DNA from: Thermoanaerobaculia bacterium
Lineage (GTDB): Bacteria; Acidobacteriota; Thermoanaerobaculia; Multivoradales; Multivoraceae
DNA: 64,000 nucleotides
Assembly: GCA_963666565.1 (NCBI GenBank)
Contig: OY762911.1
Location: 384,001 to 448,000, forward strand
Direction: 5' to 3'
Below are positions 30,188-40,215 of the stretch, piece after piece (the stretch's first letter is position 1; every line of letters starts with the position of its first letter). The position numbers and the translations under genes are program-made. The notes beneath the pieces were generated by a model. It ran no database searches. It saw only the letters and a list, made by a program, of their open reading frames with translations, and was not told the origin of the DNA.

Positions 30188-32412
30188 GAGTATCCTCCTT
30201 GGGGATGTTCGATGCACTCAAAGCGCCCTCTCTTGTTCTTTGGTGGAGTCAAGCACGCCAAGATCCGGGCCGGACTCTCTAATGTGTCGGCTGGCGGAGC
30301 CCAACTATACGCCGGTGTTCCTTCGATGTAGAGCTCGAAGGCAGGCATGCAGTCGTGGGCTATCTCGCCGTCGATGACCAGCCCCTCCGTGGCAGATGTC
30401 CGAAAGTCCAGTTCCACGCTGGCATTGATGTCCGGCGAGAACACAAGAGGATTTCCGCCCGCGAGTTCCAGGGCCAAGGCGGCCCCACCCGTCAAGGTTG
30501 TACTCCCCAACGTCCCGCTAAGCCGTTCCGCTCGGTGAAGACGATGACAGTCCCGTTCTTCGTCGTAGTCGTTGTCGTCGATAAGGCCATCAGCCAGAGT
30601 CGTTGCCTTGTGGAACAGTGTAGTCAGGCCCGCCCAGTAGGCCTCGCCCAGTAGCTGCAACGCGGACTCCTCAGAAGGCGGCACCAGAGCCAGCACCGCC
30701 TGAAGCCGGTAGGGATCAAGCGTCTTAACTGGATTCGTCGGCACGATTCGCGTCGGCGGACCCGCTGAGGGACCGCGATCGTCCCCACCGAAGATCATGG
30801 AAGCACCCCGACAAGTCGGCGACCGTACCGAGGGAACCCAGGCCGACGGAATGTAGGCCCGCAGGACGACGTCCAACCGTTCTGGCGGCCGAGACGGCGG
30901 TGGAGGTGGCGGCGGAGGCGGTGGAGGTGGCGGCGGTGGAGGTGGAGGCGGTGGTGATATCGGTTTGTCCGTAACGGTGATCTCGTCCTTGAAGACCAAG
31001 ATGCCGTCCACACAGTCCTGATCCTCCGATAGCTCAGTGTCGTCGTCGCAGCTTAGCACCTCGGTCTCGCCTCCAAGGGCCGGGATCGGTCCGGACGGTC
31101 GATCCGGCACGACGTACCGATAGCAGGCGCCGCGAAACGCGAAGTGGCCCGCGGGGCAGTTGACTATCGCGGCGACGGTCCAGGTACCCGTTCCTCCGAA
31201 GAAAGGATACACCCGCACGCTGTGCGACCCGGTCCCCAGTTCGCCGCTCCAGTGGTCGTCCTTCGTTCCGCTGCGATTTGAGCAGACGGAGCCACTGACG
31301 GAACAGTCGATGTCCTGGTCCATGCCGGTCAGCGAGACGTTCACGGTCTGGCGAGACGCCAACGTGAACGAGTAGGTCCGCGCGGCACTCTTGGTTTCGC
31401 TCGCATACACAAGCCCGACCCGCGTCTCCAGTTTGCGTCGCACCGGCTTCTGCGGCGGCGGTGGTGGCGGTGGTGGCGGTGGTGGCGGTTTCGCCGCCGC
31501 GGCCACAACGACGGTGAACGTCACCGAAGCCCTCGCTTTGTCCCGGTCGGAGGCCGTGTACGTGCTCAGGTAGGTCGTGTCGACTGGCACGGTCGGGAGC
31601 GTTCCTCTCGCGCGCCGCGTCGACGGGGTGAACGCGATCCCCGGCGGAAGACCCGACACGCGGTAGCTGTAGGGCGATCTGCCGCCAGATGCCGCCGGGA
31701 ACGCCGTGTCGATGACCCCGCCCGACGGCAGACGGAAGTCGGGAATGCTCGGCACGGACAAGGGCGGCGGCGCAGCTGCGGCAGCCACAACGACGGTGAA
31801 CGTGACCGAAGCGGCGGCGCCGTTCCGGTCCGAGACGGCGTACGCGACCAGGTAAGTGGTGTCGACCCACACCGTCGGCAGCGTTCCTCTCGCACGCCGC
31901 GTCGACGGGAAGAACGTGATCCCCGGCGGCAGACCGGACACGCTGTAGCTGTAGGGCGGCCTGCCGCCCGACGCGGCCGGGAACACCGTGTCGATGGCCC
32001 CGCCCGACGGTAGACGGAAGTCGGGAATGCTCGGCAAAGAGAGCGGCGGCGGCGAAGGCGCCACGACCGTGGCAGTGAACGTGACGGAAGCGCGGGCGCC
32101 GTCACGGTCCGCGACGAAGTAGGAGACCGTGTAGGTCGTGTCGACCCAGACCGTCGGCAGCGTTCCTCTCGCACGCCGCGTCGACGGGAAGAACGTGATC
32201 CCCGGCGGCAGACCGGACACGCTGTAGCTGTAGGGCGACCTGCCGCCCGACGCGGCCGGGAACACCGTGTCGATGACCCCGCCGGGCGGTAGCCGAAAGT
32301 TGGGAATGCTCGGCAGGAACAGCGCCGGCCGTTCCGAGGCCCGTGCGGCCAGGGGCGCCACGGCGGCCAGAACGAGGAAGAAGGACAGTACTGGTGTGCC
32401 AAGGCGCTTCAC
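30172..32412 (-). CDS. Exported protein: three He_PIG/putative Ig repeats, polyPro, PPC-like domain, Cys-rich linker, polyPro and a DUF3238-like C-terminal domain
   Basis: GGGAGG RBS and signal peptide; three copies of PAASGGRxPYSYxVSGLPPGI.F.P.TR..RGT.PT; C-terminal RAYIP..FGGDDRG..HDCMPAFELY. Confidence 0.8.
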   Translation of the reverse strand: MKRLGTPVLSFFLVLAAVAPLAARASERPALFLPSIPNFRLPPGGVIDTVFPAASGGRSPYSYSVSGLPPGITFFPSTRRARGTLPTVWVDTTYTVSYFVADRDGARASVTFTATVVAPSPPPLSLPSIPDFRLPSGGAIDTVFPAASGGRPPYSYSVSGLPPGITFFPSTRRARGTLPTVWVDTTYLVAYAVSDRNGAAASVTFTVVVAAAAAPPPLSVPSIPDFRLPSGGVIDTAFPAASGGRSPYSYRVSGLPPGIAFTPSTRRARGTLPTVPVDTTYLSTYTASDRDKARASVTFTVVVAAAAKPPPPPPPPPPPPQKPVRRKLETRVGLVYASETKSAARTYSFTLASRQTVNVSLTGMDQDIDCSVSGSVCSNRSGTKDDHWSGELGTGSHSVRVYPFFGGTGTWTVAAIVNCPAGHFAFRGACYRYVVPDRPSGPIPALGGETEVLSCDDDTELSEDQDCVDGILVFKDEITVTDKPISPPPPPPPPPPPPPPPPPPPPSRPPERLDVVLRAYIPSAWVPSVRSPTCRGASMIFGGDDRGPSAGPPTRIVPTNPVKTLDPYRLQAVLALVPPSEESALQLLGEAYWAGLTTLFHKATTLADGLIDDNDYDEERDCHRLHRAERLSGTLGSTTLTGGAALALELAGGNPLVFSPDINASVELDFRTSATEGLVIDGEIAHDCMPAFELYIEGTPAYSWAPPADTLESPARILACLTPPKNKRGRFECIEHPQGGYSCGQR
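31500..32320 (-). repeat. Three near-identical intragenic repeats of about 280 bp encoding the Ig-like domains
   Basis: GGGAATGCTCGGCA and long flanking blocks recur at about 31741, 32023 and 32302. Confidence 0.9.
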
Positions 32413-32444
32413 GATCCTCGCCTCCCGAGGTCATGTGGACGTCG

Positions 32445-32462
32445 AGATAAGGGCGATTGTCT
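32445..32462 (+). other. Putative tyrosine-recombinase core site (left), 18 bp
   Basis: AGATAA-GGGCGA-TTGTCT: imperfect 6-bp arms around a 6-bp asymmetric spacer; exact reverse complement of 32667-32684. Confidence 0.75.
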
Positions 32463-32644
32463 AAACAGAGAAAACGCTTGATTCGTGACTTGGTCGTCAC
32501 CTAGACTCCGGAGACCTCCTGTGAAGCCGAAAAAAGTGTCGGCGAGCCGCCCCTTGGTGCGGAAGGCACCGTCAATCGCGTCCTGGACACTGAGATCCAC
32601 CCGCTTCGGGACCCAGGAAGGCAGCCTCAGGAGAAGAGCGGGAC

Positions 32645-32673
32645 TTGACAAGCGCGATTTCCTGGCAGACAAT
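32645..32673 (+). promoter_or_regulatory. Candidate sigma70 promoter inside the putative invertible segment, currently facing the recombinase
   Basis: TTGACA (32645-32650), 17-nt spacer, GACAAT (32668-32673). Confidence 0.55.
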
Positions 32674-32684
32674 CGCCCTTATCT
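32667..32684 (-). other. Putative tyrosine-recombinase core site (right), inverted relative to the left site
   Basis: AGACAATCGCCCTTATCT; arms extend to GGCAGACAA-TCGCCC-TTATCTGCC. Confidence 0.75.
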
Positions 32685-32776
32685 GCCCTGACTGCCGACG
32701 GCCCAAAACCCCGTCGTCCTGACCTAGGATCGGCCCTCGTTGCAAGCGGAGTCCCCGGCCGAACCCCTCCCGGACG

Positions 32777-33649
32777 ATGGACAAGAGCGCCTACGCAGCC
32801 AACACCCGCAAGGCATACAGCCACGTCATCCAGCGCTTCAACGCGTTCCTGGGAGGCCGCGCTGCCGAGGACGCCACCATCGCGGCCTTTCTTGAGTCCG
32901 AGGCCGAACGCGGCCTCGCGCCCGCGTCCCTGTCGCTCGTCTCCGCGGCGATCGGGGCCCAGGCGCAGTCCGCCGGCGCGGACGATCCTCGGGGCCGGCT
33001 GACCTACCAGACCCTCGGACGCCTGAAGAGAACGCACAGCGCCCGCGGCGGGGGACAGGTTGCCGGGCTCAAGCGGGAGGACGTCGACGCAGTCGCGACG
33101 CTCGCGGCCACTGAAGGCACGACGGCCGGACTACGCGATGCCGCTCTTCTCCGCCTCGGTAGCGATTGCTTGCTGAGGATCAGCGAACTGGCAGCCGTTC
33201 ATGTGAAGCACCTCAAGCGCGCGGAGGACGGGAGCGGCTGCCTGAAAGTGCCCCGGAGCAAGACGGACCAGGAAGGCGAAGGCCAAACGCTCTACGTCTG
33301 CAAGGCGACGATGGCGGCGATCGCCGCCTGGCGGGAGGCCTCCGGGATCGGGTCCGGGCCTCTGTTCCGCGGCGTCTCCAAAGGAGGAACCGTCGGCGAG
33401 GCGGCGCTGACCGAGAGCGGGATGCGGAAGATCATCCGCCGACGGGCCTGGGCGGCGGGTTTCCGGAGGCGCGTGAGCGGACATTCCCTCCGCGTGGGCA
33501 GCGCTCAGTCGCTCGTCGCCAGAGGCGCCTCGACCGCCGAACTCATGCAGGCCGGGAGATGGAAAGACCCCAAGACAGCCGCCCGCTATGCCGCCAATGA
33601 ACTGGCGGCCAACGGCGCTGTCGCGAGGTTCTTCGAGGACGACCGCTGA
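32777..33649 (+). CDS. Cre-like tyrosine recombinase
   Basis: N-terminal SAM-like domain (ANTRKAY); catalytic R (LLRISEL), K (RSKTDQ.GEG), HxxR (SGHSLRVG), W (AGRW) and Y (ARY). Confidence 0.93.
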   Translation: MDKSAYAANTRKAYSHVIQRFNAFLGGRAAEDATIAAFLESEAERGLAPASLSLVSAAIGAQAQSAGADDPRGRLTYQTLGRLKRTHSARGGGQVAGLKREDVDAVATLAATEGTTAGLRDAALLRLGSDCLLRISELAAVHVKHLKRAEDGSGCLKVPRSKTDQEGEGQTLYVCKATMAAIAAWREASGIGSGPLFRGVSKGGTVGEAALTESGMRKIIRRRAWAAGFRRRVSGHSLRVGSAQSLVARGASTAELMQAGRWKDPKTAARYAANELAANGAVARFFEDDR

Positions 33650-33747
33650 CAGCCCGACACGCGCCACACGTTCCCAGGGCAGGACGTGAGCCTTGCGGTT
33701 GAGCCAAGTCTCGGGGCGAAGCAGCAGGCGCAATCGCCGCCGCTTCG

Positions 33748-33804
33748 CGGCGCACTTTTCTGGCCGCCTCCGGCGGCAGCGGGTCAGAGGACCCGCGCAC
33801 CCAG
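33748..33804 (-). repeat. Extended REP-like unit at the right edge of the island
   Basis: Inverted counterpart of 26214-26270. Confidence 0.85.
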
Positions 33805-33810
33805 TGGCCG

Positions 33811-34401
33811 CTAGTTCGAGTCGCCGTTGCCGGCGGTCCAGCTCGGCAGGGAGGCCGGGTCGATCCCCAAGGAGGCGAGCGCGCCGGACCAGGCGTCGAC
33901 CGGGTCGCCGGAGAAGACGATGGACTCCTCGACCGGCACCGTCAGCCAGTCGCTGCGGCCGACCTCCTGCATCAACTGGCCCGGCGCCCAGCCGGCGTGG
34001 CCCAGGAGCAGCCTCATCCGGTCCGGCGCGCTGCGGGCGAGCGTGCGCAGCGCGAGGATGTTCTGTGTGGCGCCGACGCCTGGAGCGATCTCGGCGATGC
34101 CGTCCCGCTCCAGGCCGGTCATGCCGTCGAGCGACAGCAAGACCGTGCCGACCTCGGGCTGCACCGGACCGCCGACGTAGGCCGTCGCTTCCGAGCGGCC
34201 GGACCACTCGATGTCCAGCTCCCGCAGGACCTCGTCGACCTTGAGCTGGCTCGGCCGGTTGACGACGAAACCCAGGCTGCCCCCCTCGCCGCCGTCCTCG
34301 TGCGCGGCAAGCAGTACGACCGCCCGGAAGAAGAACGGATCGAGCACCTGGGGCATGGCGACCAGCAGAGTCGGCGTCTCGAAATCGTCCAGCCCGGACA
34401 T
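33811..34401 (-). CDS. YqgE/AlgH family protein
   Basis: LLVAMP..DPFF.RAVVL, G.VVNRP, YVGGPV, LGHAGW.PGQL..E..W and LGID. Confidence 0.93.
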   Translation of the reverse strand: MSGLDDFETPTLLVAMPQVLDPFFFRAVVLLAAHEDGGEGGSLGFVVNRPSQLKVDEVLRELDIEWSGRSEATAYVGGPVQPEVGTVLLSLDGMTGLERDGIAEIAPGVGATQNILALRTLARSAPDRMRLLLGHAGWAPGQLMQEVGRSDWLTVPVEESIVFSGDPVDAWSGALASLGIDPASLPSWTAGNGDSN

Positions 34402-34533
34402 GGGCGCGACTCTACACGCGGCCGGATGGCCGGCGCACCGACAGCGCCGACCGCCGCGGCGCTTTGGGTAGTCTCCGGGTTGCATGGAACGGGCCGCCGG
34501 AAGCGGGCCGGCCTGCGGCCGGCGAATCTCCCG

Positions 34534-34576
34534 GGCCGCCTGCGGCGGCAGCGGGTCGGAAGACCCGCGCACCCAG
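34534..34576 (-). repeat. Extended REP-like unit
   Basis: GGCCGCCTGCGGCGGCAGCGGGTCGGAAGACCCGCGCACCCAG. Confidence 0.85.
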
Positions 34577-34627
34577 CGGACGGCCAGCTCCACAAGCGAC
34601 ACTTGAATCACGAAGAACGAGCCAGAC

Positions 34628-37369
34628 ATGATGAACAGCTTCGGCGCGATCAAGACGATGTCCGCCTCCGGCCGATCCTTCCGGATCGCCCACCTGCCGA
34701 CCCTTGGCGACGCCGGCCTGCCGGTGGAGCGCCTGCCGTACGCCCTGAAGATCCTGCTGGAGAACCTGCTCCGGCGGGAGGACGGCCGCGTCGTTCCGGC
34801 CGCGGACATCGAGGCCGTGGCGCGCTGGGAACCTCGGGCGGAACCGAACGTCGAGATCGCCTTCATGCCCGGCCGGGTGCTGCTCCAGGACTTCACCGGC
34901 GTCCCCGCGGTGGCCGACCTGGCCGCCATGCGGGACGCCATGGCGGCGATGGGCAGCGACGCCGCGAAGATCAATCCGCTGCAGCCGGCGGAGCTCGTGA
35001 TCGACCACTCGGTCCAGGTGGACGAGTACGGTTCGGCGGCCGCGCTCCTGATCAACGCGGAACGCGAGTTCGAGCGCAACGAGGAGCGCTACCTGTTCCT
35101 GCGCTGGGGCCAGACCGCGTTCGAGAACTTCCGCGTCGTGCCTCCGGCGACCGGCATCGTCCACCAGGTCAACCTGGAGTACCTGGCGCGCGGCGTCATG
35201 CACTCGCCGAACGGCCACGCCGAGCCGCCCTTCGCCTATCCCGACACCCTGGTGGGCACCGACTCCCACACGACGATGATCAACGGCCTGGGCGTCCTGG
35301 GCTGGGGCGTGGGCGGCATCGAGGCGGAGGCGGCCATGCTCGGCCAGCCGATCGCCATGCTGGTGCCCCAGGTCGTCGGCTTCCGCCTGGTGGGCGCCCT
35401 GCCGGAGGGCACGACCGCCACCGACCTCGTGCTGCGGGTCACCGAGATGCTCCGCAACCACGGCGTCGTCGGCAAGTTCGTCGAGTTCTTCGGCCCCGGG
35501 CTCGCCGAGCTCCGGCTCGCCGACCGGGCGACGATCGCGAACATGGCGCCGGAGTACGGCGCCACCTGCGGCATCTTCCCGATCGACCGCGCCGCCATCG
35601 ACTACCTCCGGTTCACCGGGCGCAGCGAGGCGCAGGTGGAACTGGTCGAGGCCTACTGCCGCGAGCAGGGGCTCTTCCACGGTCCGGACGCGCCCGAGGC
35701 CGAGTACAGCGACACGCTGGAGCTCGACCTGGCGACCGTCGAGCCGTCGCTGGCCGGACCGCGGCGGCCCCAGGACCGGGTGCCGCTGTCCGGCGTGAAG
35801 GAGTCCTTCCTCGGCCAGTTGCCGCAACTCTCGCCCCGCGGCGGCCTGCCGGTGCTCGACGGCGACGACGGCGCCGGCGCGGACGACGAGGCCCCGGCGG
35901 CGGACGAGACCGGCGACGCCGGCGAGCGGCCCGAAGTCGTGGACGGTTCCGTCGTCATCGCCGCGATCACGAGCTGCACGAACACCTCGAACCCGTCCGT
36001 CATGCTGGCCGCCGGGCTGCTGGCGAAGAAGGCCGTCGAGGCCGGACTGCGGACCCGGCCGTGGGTGAAGACGAGCCTGGCGCCCGGCTCCAAGGTCGTC
36101 ACCGACTACCTGGCCGAGGCCGGCCTGACCGCCTACCTGGAGCAGCTCGGCTTCCACACGGTGGGCTACGGCTGCACGACCTGCATCGGCAACAGCGGCC
36201 CGCTGCCTCCCGCGACCTCGGCCGCGATCGCCGAGGGCGAGCTGGTCGCCGTCTCCGTCCTCTCCGGCAACCGCAACTTCGAGGGCCGGATCTCGAGCGA
36301 AGTGCGCGCCAACTACCTCGCCTCGCCGCCCCTGGTGGTGGCATACGCGCTGGCCGGGCGCATCGACATCGACCTCCACGGGGAGCCCCTGGCCGACGGT
36401 CCGGACGGTCCCGTCTACCTGCGCGACATCTGGCCCGCCCAGAGCGACATCCAGGCCGCGCTCGAGACCTCGCTGCGGCCGGAGATGTTCAAGCGCCAGT
36501 ACTCCGACGTCTTCGCGGGCAGCGAGGCGTGGCAGGCGCTCGACGTGCCCGCCGGACAGACCTTCGCCTGGCGGGAGGATTCGACGTACGTCAAGCAACC
36601 GCCCTTCTTCGTCGACATGCCGCGCCGACCTGCGCCGGTCCAGGACATCGCCGGCGCCCGGGTGCTGGCCCTGCTCGGCGACACGGTGACGACGGACCAC
36701 ATCTCGCCGGCCGGCCCGATCAGCCCGGACAGCCCGGCCGCCGACTACCTGCGCGGCCTCGGCGTCGAGCAGGCGCAGTTCAACTCCTACGGCGCCCGCC
36801 GCGGCAACCACGAGGTGATGATGCGGGGCACGTTCGCCAACGTCCGCCTCCGCAACCGACTGGTGCCGGGAGTCGAGGGCGGCTACACCGTGCTCCTGCC
36901 GGAGGGCGAACAGATGTCGATCTTCGACGCGGCGATGGCCTACCGCGACCGCGGCGTCCCCCAGATCGTCCTGGCCGGCGTCGAGTACGGCACGGGTTCC
37001 TCGCGCGACTGGGCGGCCAAGGGGTCCCGGCTGCTCGGCGTGAGCGCCGTCATCGCCAAGGGCTACGAACGGATCCACCGCAGCAACCTGGTGGGGATGG
37101 GGGTCGCGCCGCTCGAGTTCCTGGAGGGCGAAGGCGCCGCCGAACTGGGGCTGACGGGCTTCGAGGAGTACGCCATCGAGGGGCTTGCCGCCGGGCTCGC
37201 GGGGGACTTCGAACCCGGCCTGGAGGTCACCGTCCGGGCCGCGGGCGACGACGGCGAGATCGCCTTCCGCGCCCGCGTCCGCCTCGACACGCCCCAGGAG
37301 GCGGAGTATTACCGGCATGCGGGCATCCTCCAGTACGTGCTGCGGCAGCTTCTTGACGACGACGCCTGA
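34628..37369 (+). CDS. acnA: Aconitate hydratase A
   Basis: LLQDFTGVP, VIDHSVQVD, GTDSHT, AAITSCTNTSN, GYGCTTCIGNSG, TTDHISPAG and GSSRDWAAKG. Confidence 0.98.
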   Translation: MMNSFGAIKTMSASGRSFRIAHLPTLGDAGLPVERLPYALKILLENLLRREDGRVVPAADIEAVARWEPRAEPNVEIAFMPGRVLLQDFTGVPAVADLAAMRDAMAAMGSDAAKINPLQPAELVIDHSVQVDEYGSAAALLINAEREFERNEERYLFLRWGQTAFENFRVVPPATGIVHQVNLEYLARGVMHSPNGHAEPPFAYPDTLVGTDSHTTMINGLGVLGWGVGGIEAEAAMLGQPIAMLVPQVVGFRLVGALPEGTTATDLVLRVTEMLRNHGVVGKFVEFFGPGLAELRLADRATIANMAPEYGATCGIFPIDRAAIDYLRFTGRSEAQVELVEAYCREQGLFHGPDAPEAEYSDTLELDLATVEPSLAGPRRPQDRVPLSGVKESFLGQLPQLSPRGGLPVLDGDDGAGADDEAPAADETGDAGERPEVVDGSVVIAAITSCTNTSNPSVMLAAGLLAKKAVEAGLRTRPWVKTSLAPGSKVVTDYLAEAGLTAYLEQLGFHTVGYGCTTCIGNSGPLPPATSAAIAEGELVAVSVLSGNRNFEGRISSEVRANYLASPPLVVAYALAGRIDIDLHGEPLADGPDGPVYLRDIWPAQSDIQAALETSLRPEMFKRQYSDVFAGSEAWQALDVPAGQTFAWREDSTYVKQPPFFVDMPRRPAPVQDIAGARVLALLGDTVTTDHISPAGPISPDSPAADYLRGLGVEQAQFNSYGARRGNHEVMMRGTFANVRLRNRLVPGVEGGYTVLLPEGEQMSIFDAAMAYRDRGVPQIVLAGVEYGTGSSRDWAAKGSRLLGVSAVIAKGYERIHRSNLVGMGVAPLEFLEGEGAAELGLTGFEEYAIEGLAAGLAGDFEPGLEVTVRAAGDDGEIAFRARVRLDTPQEAEYYRHAGILQYVLRQLLDDDA

Positions 37370-38054
37370 TCGACGCCTCCAGATCGACCCGGTCGCCGCC
37401 CTGCCGGCGCGCGAGCGGCTCAAGATCAACGAGATCTTCTACTCGATCCAGGGGGAATCGACCTTCGCGGGCCGCCCCTGCGTGCTGGTCCGGTTGACCG
37501 GCTGCCAGATGCGCTGTACCTGGTGCGACTCGGAGTACGCCTTCCACGAAGGCGACTGGATGCGGGTCGACGAGATCGTCGACCGGGTGCTCTCGTACGG
37601 TTGTCCGCTGGCGGAGGTCACCGGCGGCGAACCGCTGCTGCAGCCCGGCGTCCACACGCTGATGAGCGGGCTGTGCGACCGTGGCCTCGAGGTGCTGCTG
37701 GAGACCGGCGGCGGACTCGACATCTCGGGCGTCGACCCGCGCGTGAGACGCATCGTCGACCTGAAGTGCCCGGCCAGCGGCGAGGCCGCGAACAACCGGT
37801 GGGCCAACCTCCACTGCCTGCGAGCGACGGACGAGGTGAAGCTCGTCGTTCAGGACCGCGGCGACTACGAGTGGGCGCGGGACGCGATCCGGGAGCACCG
37901 GATCGACGAGAGCTGCACCGTTCATCTGTCGCCCGTCTGGGGCGCCCTGGCGCCCGCCGAACTCGCCTCGTGGGTGCTCGAGGACCGGCTGCCGGCGCGG
38001 GTGTCGCTGCAGCTTCACAAGACTCTATGGGGCTCCCAGGAGAGGGGTGTCTGA
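37353..38054 (+). CDS. queE: 7-carboxy-7-deazaguanine synthase (radical SAM)
   Basis: INEIFYSIQGES, RLTGCQMRCTWCD, VTGGEPLLQ and LQLHK; start re-picked at TTG 37353. Confidence 0.9.
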   Translation: MTTTPDRRLQIDPVAALPARERLKINEIFYSIQGESTFAGRPCVLVRLTGCQMRCTWCDSEYAFHEGDWMRVDEIVDRVLSYGCPLAEVTGGEPLLQPGVHTLMSGLCDRGLEVLLETGGGLDISGVDPRVRRIVDLKCPASGEAANNRWANLHCLRATDEVKLVVQDRGDYEWARDAIREHRIDESCTVHLSPVWGALAPAELASWVLEDRLPARVSLQLHKTLWGSQERGV

Positions 38055-38178
38055 ACGGGACGGCGGGCGCCCCACGGGCCTTCGCCGGACTGCTACACTC
38101 CGCGCCGAATACGGCCCAGGAAGACACGGATGCCGGAAAGGCAGAACGCCGGGAGAAAGAAGGGGTGAGACAGTCAAG

Positions 38179-39444
<1,266 letters not shown>

Positions 39445-39479
39445 AGGCGGCAGAGCGGTCGCCGCTTCGTCACCGGCGG

Positions 39480-39605
39480 AGCCGGCCTTCGGCCGGCGCG
39501 TGTTCTTCGGCCGGCTACGCCGGCAAGCGGGTCGGAAGACCCGCGCACCCAGCAGCGGGTTAGAGGACCCTCGCACCCGGCAGCGGGTCGGAAGACCCGC
39601 GCACC
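39480..39605 (-). repeat. Three tandem 28-bp REP-like units plus the internal REPIN segment, between convergent genes
   Basis: GCGGGTCGGAAGACCCGCGCACC-type unit three times, preceded by CGGCCGGCTACGCCGGCA as at about 986-1003. Confidence 0.85.
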
Positions 39606-39612
39606 GACAAGG

Positions 39613-40134
39613 CTACGAGCGGAGTTCCGGGCGGGTCGGCTTGGCCGGCACGTGGCCCCGGCGGTAGACCAGGATCGTGCGGTCGAAGGTGATCACGGGC
39701 TTGCCGTCCTGGTTGTAGCCGACGGTCCGGAAGCCGACGATCCCCTGGTGCGGCCGCGAGTTCGACTCGCGCACGGAGAGCACCTCGCTCCGGGCGTAGA
39801 GGGTGTCGCCCTCGAACACCGGGTTGGGCAGGCGCACCCGGTCCCAGCCCAGGTTGACCGCGTTCTGCGACAGGTCGGCGACGGTCAGGGCCGTCACCAG
39901 GGAGAGGGTGAAGCAGGAGTTGACCAGGGGCCGGCCCCACTCCGTCTGTCCCGCGTACTCCCGGTCGAAGTGGATCGGGTTCGGGTTCAGGGTGATCATC
40001 GTCAGCCAGACGTTGTCGCCCTCGGTGACCGTCCGGCCCAGCGCGTGCTCGAACACCTGGCCGACGGCGAAGTCCTCGAAGACCCTGCCCGCGCCATCGG
40101 CCGGCGGACCCGTGTGCGTGTTCGCGTCACTCAT
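39613..40134 (-). CDS. MaoC family dehydratase
   Basis: FEDF.VG, GRTVTEGDN, NP.PIHFD, NLGWD.VR..PVF.GDTLY and NQDG. Confidence 0.92.
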   Translation of the reverse strand: MSDANTHTGPPADGAGRVFEDFAVGQVFEHALGRTVTEGDNVWLTMITLNPNPIHFDREYAGQTEWGRPLVNSCFTLSLVTALTVADLSQNAVNLGWDRVRLPNPVFEGDTLYARSEVLSVRESNSRPHQGIVGFRTVGYNQDGKPVITFDRTILVYRRGHVPAKPTRPELRS

Positions 40135-40215
40135 CTCGACGCCCTGCCTTCGAGTTCGAGGAGTCCTCGGCTGCTTCAACCGGCCTGCCGGCGCCGTCAC
40201 CTACGTTGTCGTCGC

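Noticed and set aside
32409-32784. Short ORFs inside the putative invertible region
   Set aside because: No recognisable motifs or RBS; the region is better explained as regulatory.
32777-33649. Prophage, integron integrase or XerC/D
   Set aside because: No phage genes, attC-like cassettes or tRNA target seen; the motifs (SKTDQ, GRW) are Cre-like, with Trp where Xer and IntI have His.
33731-33738. CAATCGCC as a third recombination site
   Set aside because: Only 8 bp match and the second arm is missing.
37353-38054. queE as part of a 7-deazaguanine DNA-modification (dpd) system
   Set aside because: No dpdA/tgt-like or other dpd genes nearby; it sits among housekeeping genes.
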